Shown here piece by piece: positions 60,657 through 64,000 of a DNA stretch of 64,000 bases; the first letter of the stretch is position 1, and each line of letters starts with the position of its first letter. The stretch lies in assembly GCA_001600815.1 (NCBI GenBank), contig BCKZ01000017.1, positions 535,970-599,969 on the forward strand. Direction: 5' to 3'. The notes below the pieces were generated by a model. It worked only from the letters and a program-made list of their open reading frames with translations. It searched no databases and was not told where the DNA came from. Made by a program: the position numbers and the translations under genes. This DNA comes from Alloascoidea hylecoeti (lineage: Eukaryota).

Positions 60657-60668
60657 CCCCGGAAAAAT
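60657..60668 (-). promoter_or_regulatory. Mig1/CreA glucose-repression site upstream of GAL1
   Basis: Minus strand reads ATTTTT-CCGGGG (AT box plus SYGGGG), about 250 bp before the ATG. Confidence 0.6.
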
Positions 60669-60911
60669 TGGTTTGTAGAGGTAGATTCGTAAATGTCGAC
60701 TGAAATAAAAAGACCCGCAGTTGCCGTATTCTACTACATGCATATTGTTCATTCGATCTAAATTATAAACTTGGCAGTAGGAAATTAGCAATGATGTGAT
60801 ATTCATCTCTCACTCTAACATGATGTTATAAAAGCACGGGAATATCGAGTATAAACTCTTTTGTATTATACTTTCAAATAATTCAATACTTTATAAATTT
60901 ACTGAACAATA

Positions 60912-62483
60912 ATGTCTTTAATCCCAAGTGAAGAAAAGATATCGGATATTTACACTGCTCCTGCCCCGCAATCAAAGCGATACCAAGCACTTTTAACTAA
61001 ATTTAAGGAAACATTTGGTCTTGATGCTGAATTTGTGACAAGAAGTCCTGGAAGGGTTAATATAATTGGTGAACACATTGATTATTGTTATTATTCAGTT
61101 TTGCCGATGGCAATAGAGAGCGATGTTGTTATGGCTGTCAGTATCAGGGATGATAATAAGGTTATCTTACACAATATATCACCTTTATTTGCACCCGTTG
61201 AGTTTGAGTTACCTACTGCACCAGGTAAATTGGTGGATATTGATCCTACTGTATCTCTTTGGGCAAATTATTTCAAATGTGGTCATTTGGTGGCTAATCA
61301 GTTTTTATGGAAGAACAGAGAAAAATATAACTTTTCTACTCCAGTTGGTATGAATATCTTTGTTGATGGTAATGTTCCTACTGGGGGTGGTTTATCATCC
61401 TCAGCCGCATTTATTTGTGCATCATCACTCGCAACGTTAAAAGCTAATAAAGTTACAAAAGTTACTAAAGAAGATTTAACTGCTATGGCTGTTGTTTCCG
61501 AAAGACATGTTGGTGTAAATACAGGTGGTATGGATCAAAGTGCTTCTGTTTGGGGAGAAAAACACCATGTTTTATATGTTCAATTTAAACCTCAACTAGC
61601 TACCAAAACATTTGCTATACCAGAAACAACACCAAAACCGGTTTTTCTTGTAGCTAACACATTATTTGTTTCAAATAAATATGAAACTGCTGCTACAAAT
61701 TATAATTTAAGAGTTGTAGAAGTGACATTAGCTGCTCAGATGCTAGCTAAAAAGTTAGGTGTCACAATAATTAATGATGGAAATTTGGGGTATGGTACTT
61801 TAAGAGGGTTTTCAGATGCTTATTTCCAAAAAGTAGAGAACTCTGCACCTTGGGTGGATAATGAAGATATAGAAGAAGGTGAAAGAAGATTAGCTCAACT
61901 TGAAACGCTCGTGGAAGAGCAACTTGATAAAAAGGATGGTTATACTACAGAAGAGGTTGCCAACGAATTGGGAATCTCTGTCATTGAATTGAAAAAACAT
62001 TATATGACTAAATTTCCAGTGAGATATAAGAAGTTGAATATCTATAAACGTGCTAAGCATGTTTATTCTGAGTCTAGACGTGTTTTACAATTTCTGGAGA
62101 TATTAAAGAATGCAACCAACAAACTTTCTTCTGCTGAATCTTTATCTTTATTAGCAAAGTTAGGTGATTTAATGAACGAATCTCAAGTATCTTGTGATAC
62201 TTTATTTAATAATTCATGCTCTGAAATTGATGAAATTTGTAGGATTGCTCGTTCTAATGGTTCATTTGGTTCTCGTTTAACAGGTGCAGGATGGGGCGGC
62301 TGTACTGTTCATTTGCTTCCAGAGAATAAAGTTGAAAATGTTAGAACCGCTCTAATTAATGATTTTTATAAGAAGAAATATCCAGGTATTACAGATAATG
62401 AATTACAAGAAGCATTAGTTGTTTCAGAACCAGCTGTTGGAAGCGCTATTTATGTTGGAGGTATTGACGGCCTACTAAAATAA
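60912..62483 (+). CDS. GAL1: Galactokinase
   Basis: SPGRVNIIGEHIDY, PTGGGLSSSAA, GGMDQ and GSRLTGAGWGGC GHMP-kinase motifs. Confidence 0.96.
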   Translation: MSLIPSEEKISDIYTAPAPQSKRYQALLTKFKETFGLDAEFVTRSPGRVNIIGEHIDYCYYSVLPMAIESDVVMAVSIRDDNKVILHNISPLFAPVEFELPTAPGKLVDIDPTVSLWANYFKCGHLVANQFLWKNREKYNFSTPVGMNIFVDGNVPTGGGLSSSAAFICASSLATLKANKVTKVTKEDLTAMAVVSERHVGVNTGGMDQSASVWGEKHHVLYVQFKPQLATKTFAIPETTPKPVFLVANTLFVSNKYETAATNYNLRVVEVTLAAQMLAKKLGVTIINDGNLGYGTLRGFSDAYFQKVENSAPWVDNEDIEEGERRLAQLETLVEEQLDKKDGYTTEEVANELGISVIELKKHYMTKFPVRYKKLNIYKRAKHVYSESRRVLQFLEILKNATNKLSSAESLSLLAKLGDLMNESQVSCDTLFNNSCSEIDEICRIARSNGSFGSRLTGAGWGGCTVHLLPENKVENVRTALINDFYKKKYPGITDNELQEALVVSEPAVGSAIYVGGIDGLLK

Positions 62484-63051
62484 AACAGATACACTTTCAA
62501 TGTTTTTGCAATGAACAGCTCTATTTATAGCTATATATATATATAAAATGAACCGTACAGGTACTATGATCAGCCATCTATTTACTTTTTAATCATACGT
62601 TTTATGGCATGAATAATCAAAATTATGTCTGATATCTAAGTGATCTTAAGTGTGATATCAATTGAGTCGGAACTTAAGCTTAAGCTAAATATATGTTGGT
62701 AGTATTATGATAAATCAATGCTAATAGTCATTATTTATACATTGATTATTTGAACCACAATAATTAATAATAATTTCATCGTTCATTTTATAAACCGGTA
62801 TAAATTAATGACTACCGGTACCCGTAAGGAGAATTATTATTTATTCCTGTGATTATTAGAACTTCTCTTAAAATTTCAATTCATGTTCTAGAACTTATGG
62901 AAAGTAAAATTTGTATTAAAAAATGGAAACTCTGAAAGATCGAAAAGAATAATTATAAAGATAGCGATGACTTTCCGAAGCAATATAAATTTTATAATAG
63001 CCGAATGTTAAACAGAAACATAATTACCTATATCATAATTTTCGAATTCCA

Positions 63052-63063
63052 CCCCGGCCCCAC
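63052..63063 (-). promoter_or_regulatory. Tandem Mig1/CreA-type cores upstream of GAL7
   Basis: CCCCGG followed by CCCCAC on +, i.e. two SYGGGG cores on -. Confidence 0.4.
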
Positions 63064-63584
63064 TCAGTTTAAATTTCCTTTTGGTGACTCTTCTCTATGT
63101 TAACTTTTGTGTAAATTTAAATAATCATATGCACTATGATCTTATGGATCATGAACCTAATAACCTCGATCTTGTGATATCATAGTTCTATTAGTGCCTA
63201 ACAATCATGGATCTTAGTAGATCCGTTTCATAATTCTCCCGAAGAACAAGAGACAAGTATGAATATGATGGGGTTGAAATTGTTCCGACACCGAAAAAGT
63301 GATTAGTTTGCGGAAAAAAGGTATTATTGTGTATAAATATGTGTGAAATATTGATCCGTGAAACATCGGGCTTTTATTGTGATTGGCCCGCATATGCATC
63401 GAATTAAAATTTTACACCACCAAAGCTTAAGATCAAGACATCCGAGCCCAAAAGCAATAGTGTACCATATCATTGTTGTAAATATTGCATGTGATCGGAG
63501 CTATAAAATGCTAATATTAATGCCCGACACTTTCTTAGTCAATATTTCAAACTAAAGATACAACTGGTACAATTTATTTTATAA

Positions 63585-64000
63585 ATGTCAACAGAACCAT
63601 TTGATTTCAGTGATCATTCCCATAGACGTTATAATCCTCTTACTGACTCTTGGGTAAGTCATTTGTTCACCCTTTTCGAAAAGATACATATTAATAAGAT
63701 AATCAGGTTCTAGTATCCCCCCATAGGGCCAAACGACCATGGTTAGGGCAAAAAGAATCACAGTCTAATAATGTAATCCCCTCGTATGATCCTAAATGTT
63801 TTCTGTGTCCAACAAACAAAAGATCGAGCGGTGCGGTAAATCCCGATTACAATACAACATATATATTTCCAAATGATTTTATGGCGATGAAAGAAGTACA
63901 ACCCTTATACCTTGAACCAGTAATCAATGATAACTCGACTGAAATTGATATATTGTCTAATAGACTATTGAAAACTAGTGGTGTTAGAGGGAAATGTGGT
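63585..64000 (+). CDS. GAL7: Galactose-1-phosphate uridylyltransferase, 5' part; exon 1 63585-63653, intron 63654-63706, exon 2 from 63707 to the window end
   Basis: [38 protein letters not shown]...YDPKCFLCPTNKR...NPDY..TYIFPNDF; absent from the ORF track. Confidence 0.95.

Overview
Eukaryotic, AT-rich fungal nuclear DNA, most likely an early-diverging, intron-rich budding yeast (Saccharomycotina-like proteins; a CTG codon at a conserved Leu suggests the standard code). The window has three parts. (1) 1-8.6 kb is a gene desert. (2) 8.6-37.5 kb is a dense housekeeping block: KIP2, TIF6, DAM1, PRP22, PRE1, PRI1, EGH1, SQT1, RIB5, a Ppc89/Cep57-like gene, RRN3, CSN6, PEX12 and an SNG1-like gene. 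(3) 37.5-64 kb is sparse: an unknown low-complexity protein, an F-box/LRR gene, a GAP1-like permease, an intron-containing PIF/Harbinger-type Myb/SANT gene with no visible transposase, and tandem GAL1-GAL7 (GAL7 runs off the window). I reconstructed 14 short introns (53-90 nt) by hand that the ORF track misses. The long spacers hold decayed relics: a mitochondrial-type group II intron RT/maturase fragment and probable Tc1/mariner-type and LINE fragments. They also show transition-biased repeat pairs and an apparent excess of tandemly doubled palindromic hexamers. All family calls are from motif recognition by eye; no searches were run.
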